A stretch of 64,000 bases of DNA, taken from Thermoanaerobaculia bacterium (GTDB taxonomy: Bacteria; Acidobacteriota; Thermoanaerobaculia; Multivoradales; Multivoraceae). The translations under genes and the position numbers were made by a program. The notes below the pieces were generated by a model, which was not told the DNA's origin, made no database searches, and saw only the letters and a program-made list of their open reading frames with translations. Each line of letters starts with the position of its first letter. The first letter of the stretch is position 1. Below, one piece after another: positions 33,015-42,474 of the stretch. The stretch is from the NCBI GenBank assembly GCA_963664405.1, contig OY761158.1, positions 4,480,001 to 4,544,000 on the forward strand, given 5' to 3'.

Positions 33015-33470
33015 CACTATGTGACTGGACCGACCGGCATCGGCAAGTCGTATCTGGCGTGTGCTTTCGTCGAGAGAGCCTGCCGCAAGGGATCATCCAA
33101 CGCCTACTACGTCCGCACACCTCGGCTCCTGCACCAGCTGGCCGTCGGCCGAGGGGACGGCTCCTACAGTCGGCTGATGGCCCGGCTCGCTCGGCTCCAT
33201 CTCCTGGCCATCGACGACTGGCTCCTGGCGCCCCTGAAGCCCCAAGAGCGCCACGATCTACTCGAAGTCATCGAGGATCGCTCAGAAGGCGCCTCGACGC
33301 TGATCGCCTCGCAGCTGCTCGTCGAAGACTGGCACGCGGTGATCGGCGACCCGAACCAGGCCGACGCGATCTGCGATCGCCTACTACACCACGCCCACCG
33401 CATTGATCTGAAAGGGCGCTCACTGCGCGACCCGGAGGTGCCCGACGAACCCAAGGGATCTGCACAATGA
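33015..33470 (+). mobile_element. istB: IS21-family IstB ATPase, 3' fragment
   Basis: TGPTGIGKSYLACA, LLAIDDW, LLEVIEDR, ADAICDRLLHHAHRIDLKGRSLR. Confidence 0.88.
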
Positions 33471-33513
33471 GCCCGTCGCTGCGCTCCGACTCCGGACCAA
33501 CCGACAGGGGGAA

Positions 33514-33629
33514 GGCCTATGGAAGCTGCCGGGTCTGCGGAAAACCCACCGCGCTGCACCCTGTTTCCCGCAGCCCTTGCAAAACGCCCCCCGCGCCCCC
33601 TCCCGCGTTTCGCACAGCTCCCACAGGCC
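33514..33629. other. Structured element (closing stem plus two hairpins) downstream of istB
   Basis: GGCCTATGGAAGCTG/CAGCTCCCACAGGCC encloses CTGCGGAAAAC/GTTTCCCGCAG and TGCAAAACGC/GCGTTTCGCA. Confidence 0.6.
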
Positions 33630-33899
33630 AGGCGACGGCTAAATACGGACAAGTCAATAAGCGAAGTAGAAAAACGCCCCGGGCTCTGCCCCCTAAACTG
33701 CGGCAGCTGCCGCAGCAGCGACTCTGCGAGATCCTTCTCCTTCGAGATCCTTCTCCTTACCAGCCGGAGCTCGTGGAAACCCTTATCAGGACCTCTACGC
33801 GTTTCGTAGGAAAGGCCACCGGAATCCGGGAGGTCGGACTCATTGGTCAGACCCCAGGCTCTTCTTAGCTGTGAGCAAGAGCGGGCTCGCGCTCACCGC

Positions 33900-34034
33900 C
33901 CGCTTACCAACTCAGCCCAACTGCCCCTATTCAGGCTGGTGATTCTCGATATTTAGCTGACCAATTAGTTGACCAGATGTTTGTAGTGAGAGCGTACTAT
34001 CGTTCTTTATCAGTAAGTTACAGAGATTAACGGG

Positions 34035-34040
<6 letters not shown>
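33900..34040 (+). repeat. 141-bp direct repeat copy B (att-arm-like)
   Basis: Matches 9477-9617; runs directly into the tRNA-Gly anticodon arm. Confidence 0.92.
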
Positions 34041-34084
<44 letters not shown>

Positions 34085-34093
34085 TCTTCCTCG

Positions 34094-34507
34094 CTAACGC
34101 TCGTCAGACGGATCGTGAGGCGAGCTTGCGGAGGGCGGACCGCCGGCTGCGCCAGCGCTCCTTGTAACGAATCTCGATCCACGCACAATCGCCCTCGCGG
34201 ACAGCTTGATGCGGATCGTGCGGGAGCCTCCGGCACCGTGGATAAACTGTGGAAAGTCCCGACCGTAGCCGCTGCAGCTCTGCCAGAGTCCCATGGCCCC
34301 TTCGACAACGTCGAAGCTGAGCTCGTTACCGTAGTCGAGACCGATCGATTCTCCGAGCCCAGGACTGGAGTGCGACGGCGGGCATTGGTCGACGGCCGCG
34401 AAGCTGGATGCGCCGATTAACTGTCCGGCCAGTAGAAGAGCGAGCGATATCCAGCCTTCCTTCCTCGGTTCTCGGAGACTGGGGGGTTGGCTTGCTCTTT
34501 GTTCCAC
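34094..34507 (-). pseudogene. Probable truncated secreted protein
   Basis: Hydrophobic leader and AMGLWQSCSGYGRDFPQF; ends next to the tRNA fragment. Confidence 0.3.
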
Positions 34508-35155
34508 TCAATAATGTCTACGCGATCCGGTCTTGTTCTATTCGCCCAGCTCGCCGGTCAGCCTCCGGCGGCTCCATCTTCGGTCGGTTGGAACCAGCGC
34601 TGTCGGCGAAACGTTGTTTCTTTGAGGAGGGACTGTTTGGCTCACTCTGTTCTTGGTGCCGCGCTGCTCGTCGCTGCGACTCTGCTCGCCGAAGTGCAGG
34701 AGCGACGGGGAACGACTGAAGGGCGACTGCTCGAGGAGCTACCTCCGTTCCCAGATGCGCCACTCATCGAATCGATTCCTGCCCCTTCGAGAGTGGCCTT
34801 GGAGGGTCGGTGCCTTGCCGGAGATCGCTATCGCCTCACTCTCGAGTACGAGACCGAGGGAAGTCCGCGATACCAGGCGTTGTTGGTATACGCCGAGCCC
34901 TCGCATCGATTGCTGTTGGTGCAGTGGAACGGAAAACCTGCCGACGAGTCGATGAGGCGGATCGCGAAGGAAAGACTACTGGTAGCTTTCGAGCAGGACG
35001 CTGCGCGTCGTTACGTAACGATTCCCTTCACTCCCGTTGAGGACGACGGCCTGCTTGTCGAGATCCTGACTCTGTATGACGAGCGCATCAAGGCGATCTC
35101 CGGGAAGGTCGCTGACATGTGCAAGCTCTCAGTCGCGAATTGGGTGAGTGACTGA
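34487..35155 (+). CDS. Hypothetical exported protein
   Basis: ORF with a hydrophobic segment; true start probably downstream of 34487. Confidence 0.4.
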   Translation: MACSLFHSIMSTRSGLVLFAQLAGQPPAAPSSVGWNQRCRRNVVSLRRDCLAHSVLGAALLVAATLLAEVQERRGTTEGRLLEELPPFPDAPLIESIPAPSRVALEGRCLAGDRYRLTLEYETEGSPRYQALLVYAEPSHRLLLVQWNGKPADESMRRIAKERLLVAFEQDAARRYVTIPFTPVEDDGLLVEILTLYDERIKAISGKVADMCKLSVANWVSD

Positions 35156-35183
35156 CGCGAAGCGTCAAAGACAGGCCGGTACC

Positions 35184-35444
35184 CTAGCGGTAGACCTCTT
35201 TCCGGTGCCCGAGCTTCAGAATCACAATGATCAACGTGCTGCCGGAGATGCTGTAGAGCACCCGGTACGACCCCACTCGTACTCGGAAGACGTCCTCGTA
35301 GCCCTGAAGCTTCCTCGAACCTCGAGGACGAGGATCCCTCGCCAAGGCTCGTATCGCCGCCCCGACTCGCTCCTGTGCCGCGCGATCTAATCGGCGCAGC
35401 TGCCGTTCTGCGCTGCGGCTGATCTCGATTTCATAGATCGCCAT
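35184..35444 (-). CDS. RelE-family toxin
   Basis: LARDPRPRGSRKLQG..FRVRVGSYRVLYSI...LGHRKEVYR. Confidence 0.92.
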   Translation of the reverse strand: MAIYEIEISRSAERQLRRLDRAAQERVGAAIRALARDPRPRGSRKLQGYEDVFRVRVGSYRVLYSISGSTLIIVILKLGHRKEVYR

Positions 35445-35655
35445 CGAGGCCTAGCTCTGCGAGCACCTCTGCTAGTGGACGGGTGGGCTCGTGGCGAATC
35501 TGCTTCAGATCCTCGATGTCTTCGAGCTCTTCGAGGCGATCGATCAGAGCTTCCTGGATGAAGTGGCTCATCACCACTCCGTGAGATTTGCAGTATTCCT
35601 CGATCGCTCGCTTGAGGACTTCGTCGATGCGGGCGTTGATCTGGACCGTTGGCAT
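35431..35655 (-). CDS. RHH antitoxin (RelB-like)
   Basis: VQINARIDEVLKRAIEEYCK...LEELEDIEDL; overlaps relE. Confidence 0.82.
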   Translation of the reverse strand: MPTVQINARIDEVLKRAIEEYCKSHGVVMSHFIQEALIDRLEELEDIEDLKQIRHEPTRPLAEVLAELGLDGDL

Positions 35656-35718
35656 GGACCGATGCTATCAATAGCTAGCACATGCTAGCAACTGAGGTTG
35701 GGCTGATTGAGTCCGGAT

Positions 35719-36501
35719 TCACACCACCGGGCACAATCCGCCATCGACGTTGATCGCTGTGCCGGTGATGTAGGACGCCTGGTCGGAGGCGAGGAAGCAG
35801 GCCAGATTGGCGAACTCTTCGGCATCGCCCATGCGGCCAATCGGGATCCTCTTGCCCATCGCCTCGACGAACTCGTCGAAGGTCTTGTCCGGCATTCGGT
35901 CTTGGTGGTGGCGATGCCATTGGTTGCTCACCAGCAGACCCGTGCACAGGGCGGTGACCAGAACGCCGAAAGGCGCGTACTCCTGCGCCAGCGCCTTGGA
36001 CAGCGCCATGCCGGCGGCCCGCGAGACGGAGGTCGGGGCGCTGCCCGCGCTCGGGGCCTTGGCGACGGTGGCGAGCACGTTGATCACCCTCCCCCAGCTG
36101 CGCTCGCGCATCCCCGGCATCGCCAGCCGGCAGAGGCGCACGGCGGCGAAGAGCTTGAGATCCAAGTCGCTCTGCAGGGTGGCGTCGTCGAGGGACTCGA
36201 AGGGGGAGGTAGCCGAAGTGCCGGCGTTGTTCACCAGAATGTCGACCGTTCCCAGCTCGGATTGGATCTGTGCAAACCCCGCCTTGATGGCTGCCGGGTC
36301 GCGGACGTCGGCCGCGATCGCGACCACTTTGCCGTTGCCGGCGGCGGCGATTTCCTCCCTGGCAAGAGCCAACGCGTCAGGATCGCGCGCCAGAATGCCG
36401 ACGGAGGCTCCGGATGCGGCGAAGCGCTTGGCCATCGCCAACCCGAGGCCGCGACTACCACCGGTGATGAGAGCGTTGCGTGAGTCGAGTCTGACTTCCA
36501 T
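35719..36501 (-). CDS. Short-chain dehydrogenase/reductase
   Basis: TGGSRGLG, DILVNNAG, ASYITGTAINVDGG; atypical catalytic segment (TSVSRAA). Confidence 0.92.
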   Translation of the reverse strand: MEVRLDSRNALITGGSRGLGLAMAKRFAASGASVGILARDPDALALAREEIAAAGNGKVVAIAADVRDPAAIKAGFAQIQSELGTVDILVNNAGTSATSPFESLDDATLQSDLDLKLFAAVRLCRLAMPGMRERSWGRVINVLATVAKAPSAGSAPTSVSRAAGMALSKALAQEYAPFGVLVTALCTGLLVSNQWHRHHQDRMPDKTFDEFVEAMGKRIPIGRMGDAEEFANLACFLASDQASYITGTAINVDGGLCPVV

Positions 36502-36833
36502 GAAATCTCCCCCCTCGTGGATGACTTTCTTTCTAGAGCTTGGATCAGTGCACTCTAGAAGATCCAATGAGGAATTGGGAGACTCTCCTAGGTGAGGCGG
36601 CTCAGGGCTTCGACGAGCTCGGTGAAATCGATGCCGAGACGGTCCAAGAACTGCAGGCTCAATCCGAGGGCGGCGAGGACCTGGATGGTTCTGCGCTCGA
36701 TCATGGTCAGCGACCAAGAAGAATGTGGCTCTTGCTCGGTTCATCTCTTGGCTCCCCTCTGTTCTCTCCCGTCACCTATCTACTAGGGGAACGATGCGCC
36801 GACGTTACTGAGCTCTTGGGATTACCGTCCCTC

Positions 36834-37337
36834 CTACGCGCTGGCGAAGAGAGTTTTCTGGGCTTCCACCGCGACGCCCTCGAGCTCGAGCAGGGCTCTT
36901 TTGATCGGCAAGCCGCCGCCATACCCTGTGAGGCTTCCGTCGGAGCCGATCACCCGATGGCAGGGCAGCACGATCGGCAGGGGGTTGCGGCCATTGGCCG
37001 AGCCAACCGCGCGCGACGACCCGGGGCGCCCGATGCGCTCGGCAAGCCTGCCGTAGGAGATCGTCTGACCGTAGGGAATCTCGGCGAGGGCGTGCCAAAC
37101 ATGCTCCTGAAAAACCGTGCCGGTAGGCGCGAGCGCAAGATCGAAATCTCGCAGCTCGCCGGCGAAGTAGGCCTCGAGCTGCTCGACGGCAGCTTGCAAG
37201 CCGGCGCGATCTTGACGCCATTCAGGCTCGAGCACTTCCGGAGGCGTGCCATTGAGAAAACGGATGTGTCTCAGTCCTTCGTCGTCGCCGGCGAGGACGA
37301 TTCGGCCGATAGGGGATTGGATCTCGGTGTAGTTCAT
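36834..37337 (-). CDS. ogt: Methylated-DNA-[protein]-cysteine S-methyltransferase
   Basis: IPYGQTISY, RAVGSANGRNP, PCHRV active site. Confidence 0.95.
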   Translation of the reverse strand: MNYTEIQSPIGRIVLAGDDEGLRHIRFLNGTPPEVLEPEWRQDRAGLQAAVEQLEAYFAGELRDFDLALAPTGTVFQEHVWHALAEIPYGQTISYGRLAERIGRPGSSRAVGSANGRNPLPIVLPCHRVIGSDGSLTGYGGGLPIKRALLELEGVAVEAQKTLFASA

Positions 37338-38845
37338 GACGTTGGGTCTCCATAGCTGTTCCAAAGAACGATGGCGGCATAGGCCCGCCACGGGCGCCAG
37401 GCTTCTGCTCGCTCTTCGAGCTCGCGGGGCGTTGTAGCACCCTCGCTGGCCCGCGACTTGAGTAGGCCGAGGTCACTGGACGGGAAGGCGTCGGGCTCTC
37501 CGAGACGCATCGCGACGTACTGGGCGGTCCATGCGCCGATCCCCGGTATTTGTTGGAGGCTCTCGAATAGGCGCTCGGGTCGAGCGATATCGAAGGAAAG
37601 CCGGCCGTCACAGACCGCCCCGGCGACGGCACGGATGGTTTCTATTCGCCGGCCGGTCACACCCAGGCCGTCGAGGTTGGCGTCAGCTAGGGCGTCGGGG
37701 GTGGGGAAGAGGTGGGTGAGCCCTTCGCAGTCGGTAACGACCGGGTCTCCACAGTGCGAAGCGATACGACCGGCAAGTGTTGTCGCCGCCTTGACCGAGA
37801 TCTGCTGGCCTAGGATCGCCCGCACCGTGACCTCGAAACCGTCCCACGCGCCGGGCACTCGCGATCCGAAGCGTCGAGGTAGCCAGGGGCGCAGGCGGGG
37901 ATCGCGGGCGAGGTGGCGGCGAATCAATTGTGGGTCGGCGCCGAGGTCGAAGACGCGGCGAGTGCGCTCGGCCAGCTGAAGGAGATGACTGGAGTCTTCC
38001 GATCGCACTCGCATCTCGAGCGCTGGTTTCCCCTTGACCGTGCTGACCTCTATTACCGCGGGCCGCTCTCCCAGACGTACGAGGCGGCGATATCGGCCCC
38101 CTCTGACGATCTCTACCCCGGGAGTCGCTCGTGGTCCCAGGAATCCGATCAGCGATCTCCAGTCGAGGGGCGGACGATAGCTCAACCGGAACACGAACTC
38201 CTCCTCCGGGCGAGTCGGGCGCAGCCGCCGCGCGTTGCGGCGCAGCTCGCCGGGGGAGCGAGCATAGAGCTCCTGAAAGGTTGCATTGAAGCGGCGCACG
38301 CTGCCGAAGCCGGCCGCGAAGGCGACGTCGGCGAGGCGGAGATCCGTCTCGTCGATGAGTCGCTTGGCGACGTGAAGGCGACGGGTGCGGATGACGGCCA
38401 GAGGAGACGCGCCGAGGTGGTCATGGAAGAGCCGGCTGAGATGCCTCGAGGTGATGCCGAGGCGATCGGCGACGTGGCCGACCCCGCCTTCTTCGGCGGC
38501 GCCCTCGGCGATGAGTCGCAGGGCGCGACCCACGGCGGTCGGGCCGTTGCTCCAATCCGGCGTTCCGGCGCTGAGCTCGGGTCGACAGCGCAGGCAGGGA
38601 CGGAATCCAGCTTCGGCCGCCGCCGCCGCCGACACGAAGTAGCTCACATTCTCGCGCTTCGGTGCCCGGACCGGGCACACCGGCCGGCAGTAAACACCCG
38701 TCGTGCGCACGGCGGTGAAGAAGCGGCCGTCGAAGCGGGCGTCGCGCGACAGTCGGGCCCGCTCGCACACGTCGGGGTCGATGCGTAGCGAGTGCTGAGA
38801 CGGTGGGCTCGGGCTGGTTTGCAATCTACCTCCAGTGCGAGGCAA
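37334..38845 (-). CDS. alkA: Ada-Zn/AraC/AlkA fusion DNA-3-methyladenine glycosylase
   Basis: RDARFDG..TTGVYCRPVC..FRPCLRC, AGFGSVRRFN, RAILGQQIS, PGIGAWTAQY, WRPWRAYA; start codon uncertain. Confidence 0.92.
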   Translation of the reverse strand: MPRTGGRLQTSPSPPSQHSLRIDPDVCERARLSRDARFDGRFFTAVRTTGVYCRPVCPVRAPKRENVSYFVSAAAAAEAGFRPCLRCRPELSAGTPDWSNGPTAVGRALRLIAEGAAEEGGVGHVADRLGITSRHLSRLFHDHLGASPLAVIRTRRLHVAKRLIDETDLRLADVAFAAGFGSVRRFNATFQELYARSPGELRRNARRLRPTRPEEEFVFRLSYRPPLDWRSLIGFLGPRATPGVEIVRGGRYRRLVRLGERPAVIEVSTVKGKPALEMRVRSEDSSHLLQLAERTRRVFDLGADPQLIRRHLARDPRLRPWLPRRFGSRVPGAWDGFEVTVRAILGQQISVKAATTLAGRIASHCGDPVVTDCEGLTHLFPTPDALADANLDGLGVTGRRIETIRAVAGAVCDGRLSFDIARPERLFESLQQIPGIGAWTAQYVAMRLGEPDAFPSSDLGLLKSRASEGATTPRELEERAEAWRPWRAYAAIVLWNSYGDPTS

Positions 38846-38912
38846 ATATACGCCCTCTGCGGCTCCAGGTCTGGCCGTTTTCGGACATCGTTGTCAATGC
38901 CCGATCGGGTGC

Positions 38913-39191
38913 CTAGACGACGAACTCCCGGTCCATCACGAAGACCTTGACGGTCTCCCGCTTGACCCCGTCCTCGATCATCGCGTCTTCGGTTGCGGGA
39001 GAGTCGAGGATCTCCATGTAGGTGTCGACGCTCTCCGCCTCGAAACAGACCGCGACCTCGTTACCCTCGCCCGTCGCTATGCCGATGGACCCCGACACAC
39101 TCTGACTCCTGAACAGGTCGCCGTGTGTACGAAAGCCCTCTTCCCATTTCACCAGGTCCTCCACCTGCGCCGTTATGACGATTCTGGTCAT
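38913..39191 (-). CDS. Small hypothetical protein
   Basis: 92-aa ORF with GAGGAG RBS. Confidence 0.65.
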   Translation of the reverse strand: MTRIVITAQVEDLVKWEEGFRTHGDLFRSQSVSGSIGIATGEGNEVAVCFEAESVDTYMEILDSPATEDAMIEDGVKRETVKVFVMDREFVV

Positions 39192-39324
39192 CTCGTTTCT
39201 CCTCTGGTCAGAGTTCAGGTCAGGGATTCAGCATCCCAAGAAGACGATTCTACATCCGAGCCCCCTTGGGGATTACGGCCGATCCCCGACGTCGGTCTCG
39301 ACGCTGTGCTAGCTTGACGTCTCG

Positions 39325-40527
39325 ATGACAGAAGGCACAAGTCCCGCGCCTCTGACTGGCGTTGTCGTCATCGATCTGGGCCAGATCTATCAGGGTCCAT
39401 ACGCCACATTCCTGATGGCGCGGGCCGGGGCCGATGTGATCAAGGTCGAGCCACTGACCGGCGAGCCGCTGCGCCGCCGTGAGTCGGAGGGAGTAGGGCC
39501 TTCGTTCCCACTAGCTTTCCTCAACTCCAACAAGCGGGCCGTCACTCTGAATCTGAAAGAGGAAAGGGGACGGGAGCTCCTTCGCACCATGGTCGAGCGC
39601 GCCGATGTGCTGCTCGAGAACTTTGCCCCAGGGGTGATGGACCGCCTTGGTGTAGGCGCCAGAGAGCTGATGGAGCTCAATCCGCGTCTGGTATACGCCT
39701 CAGGTACGGGCTTCGGGCTTTCCGGCCCAGACCGCGACCGGCTGGCGATGGATGTCACGATCCAAGCGTCGGCCGGGGTCATGAGCATCACCGGAACACC
39801 CGAGGCTCCGCCGATGAGGGCGGGGCCGGCGATGGCGGACTTTCTTGGTGGGGTCCATCTCTACGGCGCTGTAGTCACCGCGCTCTTCGATCGGTCTCGA
39901 AGCGGGCGCGGTTGTCTGGTCGAGGTCGCCATGCAGGAGACGGTCTATCCCACCTTGTTGTCGGATCTCGGTCTTCAATACCGTGCCGGAGGAGAGCAGG
40001 CGCCGCGCCGGGGTAATCGACATGGAGCGGTGGCGCCCTACAATGTCTACGCAACCCGTGATGGTCACATCGCTCTCATTTGCACCGCAGACGCACATTG
40101 GCAGAGCCTGCTCGAAGCGATGGGCCGTCAGGACCTCGCCGACGATCCCCGCTTCGCGACGACGAGCCTACGAGCCGAGAATGAAGCGGCAACCGACGAG
40201 GCTGTGAGTGAGTGGGCGGCACGGCTGACGCGGGAAGAGGCCTACGAGATCACCCGCGCTCATCGCATCCCCAGTGCGCCGGTGCGAGATCTGAGTGAGG
40301 TGACCAACGACGCTCATATGCATCAGCGCGGCATGCTTCAGTGGGTTGATCACCCCACTCTCGGTGAAGTGGTTTTGCCGAACAGCCCCCTCCGCTTCCA
40401 TCAGCTGGAGCAGCCCGACTTGAACCCCAGCCCCGTCCTCGGCGAGCACAATAAAGAGATCTACGGCGACTGGCTCGGCCTGTCGCTCCAAGAGATCAGC
40501 GACCTGCACGACGACGGCGTGATTTGA
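39325..40527 (+). CDS. Class III CoA-transferase (CaiB/BaiF)
   Basis: PLTGVVVIDL, GADVIKVEP, NSNKRAVTLNLK, ADVLLENFAPG, P.LGEHN. Confidence 0.93.
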   Translation: MTEGTSPAPLTGVVVIDLGQIYQGPYATFLMARAGADVIKVEPLTGEPLRRRESEGVGPSFPLAFLNSNKRAVTLNLKEERGRELLRTMVERADVLLENFAPGVMDRLGVGARELMELNPRLVYASGTGFGLSGPDRDRLAMDVTIQASAGVMSITGTPEAPPMRAGPAMADFLGGVHLYGAVVTALFDRSRSGRGCLVEVAMQETVYPTLLSDLGLQYRAGGEQAPRRGNRHGAVAPYNVYATRDGHIALICTADAHWQSLLEAMGRQDLADDPRFATTSLRAENEAATDEAVSEWAARLTREEAYEITRAHRIPSAPVRDLSEVTNDAHMHQRGMLQWVDHPTLGEVVLPNSPLRFHQLEQPDLNPSPVLGEHNKEIYGDWLGLSLQEISDLHDDGVI

Positions 40528-40669
40528 TCGCGGCCGCCTAGGAGCTCATCAGGGCCCGGGCAGACGACAGCTCTCCGTAGAGGGTATCCATTCCTCGCCG
40601 AAGCCAGGAGCCCATCCGTCCGCGGATGGGCGACGCGCGCCGTCCTCGGCGCCAACAGCATCGGGAATC

Positions 40670-40696
40670 AGAGAATGGTAATTCACCATTCTCTGA
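40670..40696. terminator. Hairpin between convergent genes
   Basis: CAGAGAATGGT-AATTC-ACCATTCTCTG perfect 11-bp stem. Confidence 0.5.
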
Positions 40697-40697
40697 T

Positions 40698-40805
40698 TTA
40701 GTAGTAGTCGGCGCAGGAGAGAAAGTATCCGCAGTGGGGGTCACTGCAGAAGAGCTTGCACTTGCGCTCTTCCAGAGTAGCGCTACAGATCGGGCAGGTT
40801 CTCAT
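40698..40805 (-). CDS. 35-aa zinc-finger microprotein
   Basis: MRTCPICSATLEERKCKLFCSDPHCGYFLSCADYY; GGAG RBS. Confidence 0.7.
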   Translation of the reverse strand: MRTCPICSATLEERKCKLFCSDPHCGYFLSCADYY

Positions 40806-40954
40806 CAAAGACTCCACTGGTTGGAGCGGTCGGCTAGAACCGGTTTGAGGGGTCGGTGAGGTGGGCTTCGAGGACTTGGTGGTCAAGTCTGGACCTCTTG
40901 GACAGTACCTGCCTGTTCAGTCTATACGAGGCTCCGGGCCTCCGGCTGGGGAGC

Positions 40955-41515
40955 CTATGTCGTGGCAGAGTTGGCCAATCCGGTGGCCCATTCTTCGAGA
41001 CTCGTAAGAACATCCGCCGCCGCCGGCTCGTCACCAAGCTCGCTGCTGACTCGAGAGTAGCGAACGTCGCCACTCGGAAGGATGAGAAAGACTCCTCCGA
41101 GCTGGTAGGGGTTTCCTCGAATGCCGTGGCCGCGATAGCCCCCTCGCAGGGCGTTGAAGAACCGCAGCATCGTGCGCGGCCGAAAGCCCGCGAGGAGGCT
41201 CCTTTTCAATTCCGCGGCCTTGTAGCCGACGAGCTCGGGATCGACTAGGAGTCGGAAGGGCAGCCGATCTTTCCGGTCAAAGTCCGCCCCTTGCTCGGGT
41301 GTTCCGTTCCCGATCAACACCAACTCGGCCCCGAAGCGCTTGATCTCGCTGCCGATGGCGCGCAACTGCGCGACCTGGCTCTCGCAGAAGATTCAGCCGA
41401 AATGACGGAGAAATACGAGGACTGCCGGCTTGTCCTCCCAGAGGGTTCCCAGGCGAACAGGGTTGCCTTCGAGATCGTGTGCTTGCACCGGGGCAAGGGT
41501 GTGCGCAACGTTCAT
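40955..41515 (-). CDS. Peroxiredoxin-like (AhpC/TSA_2 type) selenoprotein, UxxC
   Basis: AVLVFLRHFG-TGA-IFC with in-frame TGA at 41393-41395 (codon 41); continues to YQLGGVFLI; SECIS-like hairpin directly downstream. Confidence 0.8.
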
Positions 41516-41540
41516 AGCTAATAGCTTACGGGATCCCGGC

Positions 41541-42401
41541 TCAGGAGTCCCGTTGGCCCGGCGAGGCGGTTCTTTGCTCGAGCTCCCTCCACCACTTAGT
41601 TGCCCTTTCAGACCAGCGCTCGTGGAGCTCCCGAAAACGATGGGCGGCCCGACCGCCTATCCACGGCTTCGGCAGCAGGGAGGCCGGCAGCCCCGGATCC
41701 AGGAAGGGGAAAGCACGCCAGCGATGTACGAGGGTGGTCGACGCTCGAAAAACCTGATCGGCTGCCCGGGGTCTCTGCATTTCGTGAGCGGCGAGGAAGG
41801 CCTTGTATCGACCCGCGATCGCTGCCACATCCCACGCGCTACGAGCCAACTGATCGAGCCCGCCGAGAGAGCCTGGGCGGCCGCGTAAAGAGGCGACGCA
41901 ATCGGCGAGGCCAAGGTTGTTCAGCGCTTCGGCGGCCTCGAGCTCCCGCGACGGATCCGGGCTGATCCAGAGGCCGCCGCCCGCGGCACCGAAGCCGGCC
42001 CAGGCGAGTCGGGCGCGGAGCTTGCTTCGTAGCTCTCGACGTGAATCGGGCACACGGACGTGGAGCAGGATCCACTCTCCATCCCATGGCACTTTGGACT
42101 GCCCGAAGCCATAGATACGCGTGGCCCCGGCCGCTAGTACACGCTGCGTTTCGCTACTCAGCCTCCACCGAGTCTCACGACCGATGCGCTCCGGCTGAAG
42201 CCATCCGGCGGTGGCGGATCGTGCCAGGGCTTGGCGAGTCGCCTGCGCTGAGGTGCCGAGCAGTCCCAGCGCAGCCACGAAAGTGCGGGTGAACACGGGC
42301 CGACCCGCGGGATAGGCATACTCCCCCAAGACGGTCAGTAGCAAAGACCGAGCGCTGGGTCGGTCATGCCAGCGAGGTTGGTTGAGGGGGTCGCGAGTCA
42401 C
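41541..42401 (-). CDS. paaX: PaaX-family transcriptional regulator
   Basis: SARSLLLTVLGEY, TRQALAR, WDGEW, LAWAGFG, FPFLDPGLPASLLP..W. Confidence 0.88.
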   Translation of the reverse strand: MTRDPLNQPRWHDRPSARSLLLTVLGEYAYPAGRPVFTRTFVAALGLLGTSAQATRQALARSATAGWLQPERIGRETRWRLSSETQRVLAAGATRIYGFGQSKVPWDGEWILLHVRVPDSRRELRSKLRARLAWAGFGAAGGGLWISPDPSRELEAAEALNNLGLADCVASLRGRPGSLGGLDQLARSAWDVAAIAGRYKAFLAAHEMQRPRAADQVFRASTTLVHRWRAFPFLDPGLPASLLPKPWIGGRAAHRFRELHERWSERATKWWRELEQRTASPGQRDS

Positions 42402-42474
42402 AGTCCGAGAACATGCTACACTTTCTTGACCTTGAGATGATTATCTGTCATATATAGAAAGTTCTTGCTACGTC

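Noticed and set aside
33727-33758. 16-bp tandem duplication CGAGATCCTTCTCCTT
   Set aside because: Only two units in degraded DNA; could be slippage or an excision scar, with no further support.
36502-36744. N-terminal extension of the SDR, or a 38-aa ORF MIERRTIQVLAALG...
   Set aside because: The SDR has its own RBS and ATG at 36501. The small ORF has no clear RBS or motif.
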